Below are positions 9,131 through 10,364 of a stretch of 10,364 nt of DNA, piece by piece. Made by a program: the position numbers and the translations under genes. Every line of letters starts with the position of its first letter. Position 1 is the stretch's first letter. Source of the stretch: Trichoplax adhaerens (taxonomy: Eukaryota > Animalia > Placozoa); the NCBI RefSeq assembly GCF_000150275.1, contig NW_002061110.1, positions 1-10,364 of the forward strand, read 5' to 3'. Below the pieces are notes generated by a model. It searched no databases and was not told the origin of the DNA. It worked only from the letters and a program-made list of their open reading frames with translations.

Positions 9131-10364
9131 ATGGGGACAGATTTGGGCTCTTTCGATATTACTATCATAGGTGCTGGTTGCATTGGATCTGCTTGTGCAC
9201 GACATTTAAGTCAACTTTGTGAGAAGAAAATTTGCTTGATAGGACCGGATGAACCCGATCATCCAAGATCACAAGATACTGAGCGCAGTGTATATGGAGC
9301 TCATTACGATGCTGGTAGAATTACACGAATTCTAGATCCTGATCTTGTATGGGCCAAGTTAGCTCAACGTTCCATACCACGCTATGTAGATGTAGAAGAA
9401 AAATCAAATATGCAATTTTATACTCCATCTGGATATTTAGGTGTCGTTGAAGAAGGAACTAGCTATATTGATAAAGTAAAGGAATGTGCCAAACTTTTGC
9501 AAGTCGAATTTGAATTGCTTGATCATCAGCAGCTCAAATCGAAATTTCCTTATTTTTCTTTCCCTCCCTCATGCGTTGGTATTTATCAACCAAGTCAAGG
9601 TGGCTACATTAATATTCGTCAACATGTTATTGCACAAATGATGATAGCTCAAAAACAAGGATGTACGTTAATTAAAGAAATTGTTGATAGGGTCGATCGA
9701 GATGATCGTGGCCAATTTAAAATTGTCACTGAAAAGGGAAATTATTTATATAGTGGTAAAGTGATTCTTGCTACAGGTGCTTTTACGCCCTTTAAAAAGT
9801 TATTACCAGATCCCCAAAAGCAATTGGATATTGAATTGATGAAAGAAACAGTAGTTAAACTACAAGTTAAAGATAAGGACTTGCAAGATATGAAGTCAAT
9901 GCCAGCTGTCATCTATTTCACTGGCAAAGATGCTCGTTACGATTGCTATATCCTACCACCAATTCGTTATGATGATGGAAAATTTTATATTAAGATTGGT
10001 CATGGCTTGACTGGTTCTGACAAACTAGATGATCATCAGCAAGTTATTGAGTGGTATCGCAATGTTGAGTCTGACAATCTTGTGGAGGTCTTAGTAAAAA
10101 CAATAAGTCGATTAATGCCAACATTTGAATATGGCTCTGTAGTTACTGACCATTGCGTTTCCACTCACACTCCTAGCAATCATGTCATGATTGGTGAAGT
10201 TAACGAAGGAGTTACTGTGTTAACTGGCGGTTGTTCTCATGCGGCTAAATCAGCAGACGAAATTGGGCATTTGGGTGCTTTAACAGCATTAAGTAATGAT
10301 TGGTCTTACGATATTCCAAAGAGTGAATTTTCCGTTTATTTAAGCAGAATTAATTGCATCACAT
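9131..10364 (+). CDS. FAD-dependent oxidoreductase, sarcosine oxidase-like, paralog 3, 3'-partial (stop lies beyond the window)
   Basis: Manual translation: MGTDLGSFDITIIGAGCIGSACARHLSQLCEKKICLIGPDEP...GAHYDAGRITR...ILATGAFT...YIKIGHG...DHCVSTHTPSNHVMIG...GGCSHAAKSADEIG...WSYDIPKSEFSVYLSRINCIT. 411 codons with no stop to the window end. An in-frame TAA at 9095-9097 fixes the start. Confidence 0.93.
   Translation, partial: MGTDLGSFDITIIGAGCIGSACARHLSQLCEKKICLIGPDEPDHPRSQDTERSVYGAHYDAGRITRILDPDLVWAKLAQRSIPRYVDVEEKSNMQFYTPSGYLGVVEEGTSYIDKVKECAKLLQVEFELLDHQQLKSKFPYFSFPPSCVGIYQPSQGGYINIRQHVIAQMMIAQKQGCTLIKEIVDRVDRDDRGQFKIVTEKGNYLYSGKVILATGAFTPFKKLLPDPQKQLDIELMKETVVKLQVKDKDLQDMKSMPAVIYFTGKDARYDCYILPPIRYDDGKFYIKIGHGLTGSDKLDDHQQVIEWYRNVESDNLVEVLVKTISRLMPTFEYGSVVTDHCVSTHTPSNHVMIGEVNEGVTVLTGGCSHAAKSADEIGHLGALTALSNDWSYDIPKSEFSVYLSRINCIT

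Noticed and set aside
8990-9205. 71-aa minus-strand ORF
   Set aside because: Overlaps the start of paralog 3 antisense; a shadow ORF.

Overview
AT-rich, gene-sparse window that looks eukaryotic: long non-coding spacers, Kozak-like start contexts and no operon packing. The taxon cannot be determined from the sequence alone. It holds a cluster of three paralogous, intronless ~410-aa FAD-dependent amine oxidases of the DAO-fold monomeric sarcosine oxidase/PIPOX family: 978-2219 (-), 6825-8054 (-), and a third copy at 9131->10364 (+) that the ORF track missed because it runs off the window end. The 4.6-kb spacer between copies 1 and 2 records duplication and decay. It contains three unrelated tandem-repeat arrays (~150, ~200 and ~228 bp units), two degraded tandem copies of the 3' end and 3' flank of copy 2 (remnants of lost paralogs), and a probable Helitron 3' terminus at which the second remnant breaks off. 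A duplicated octamer motif lies upstream of copy 1. I see no rRNA, tRNA or CRISPR array.
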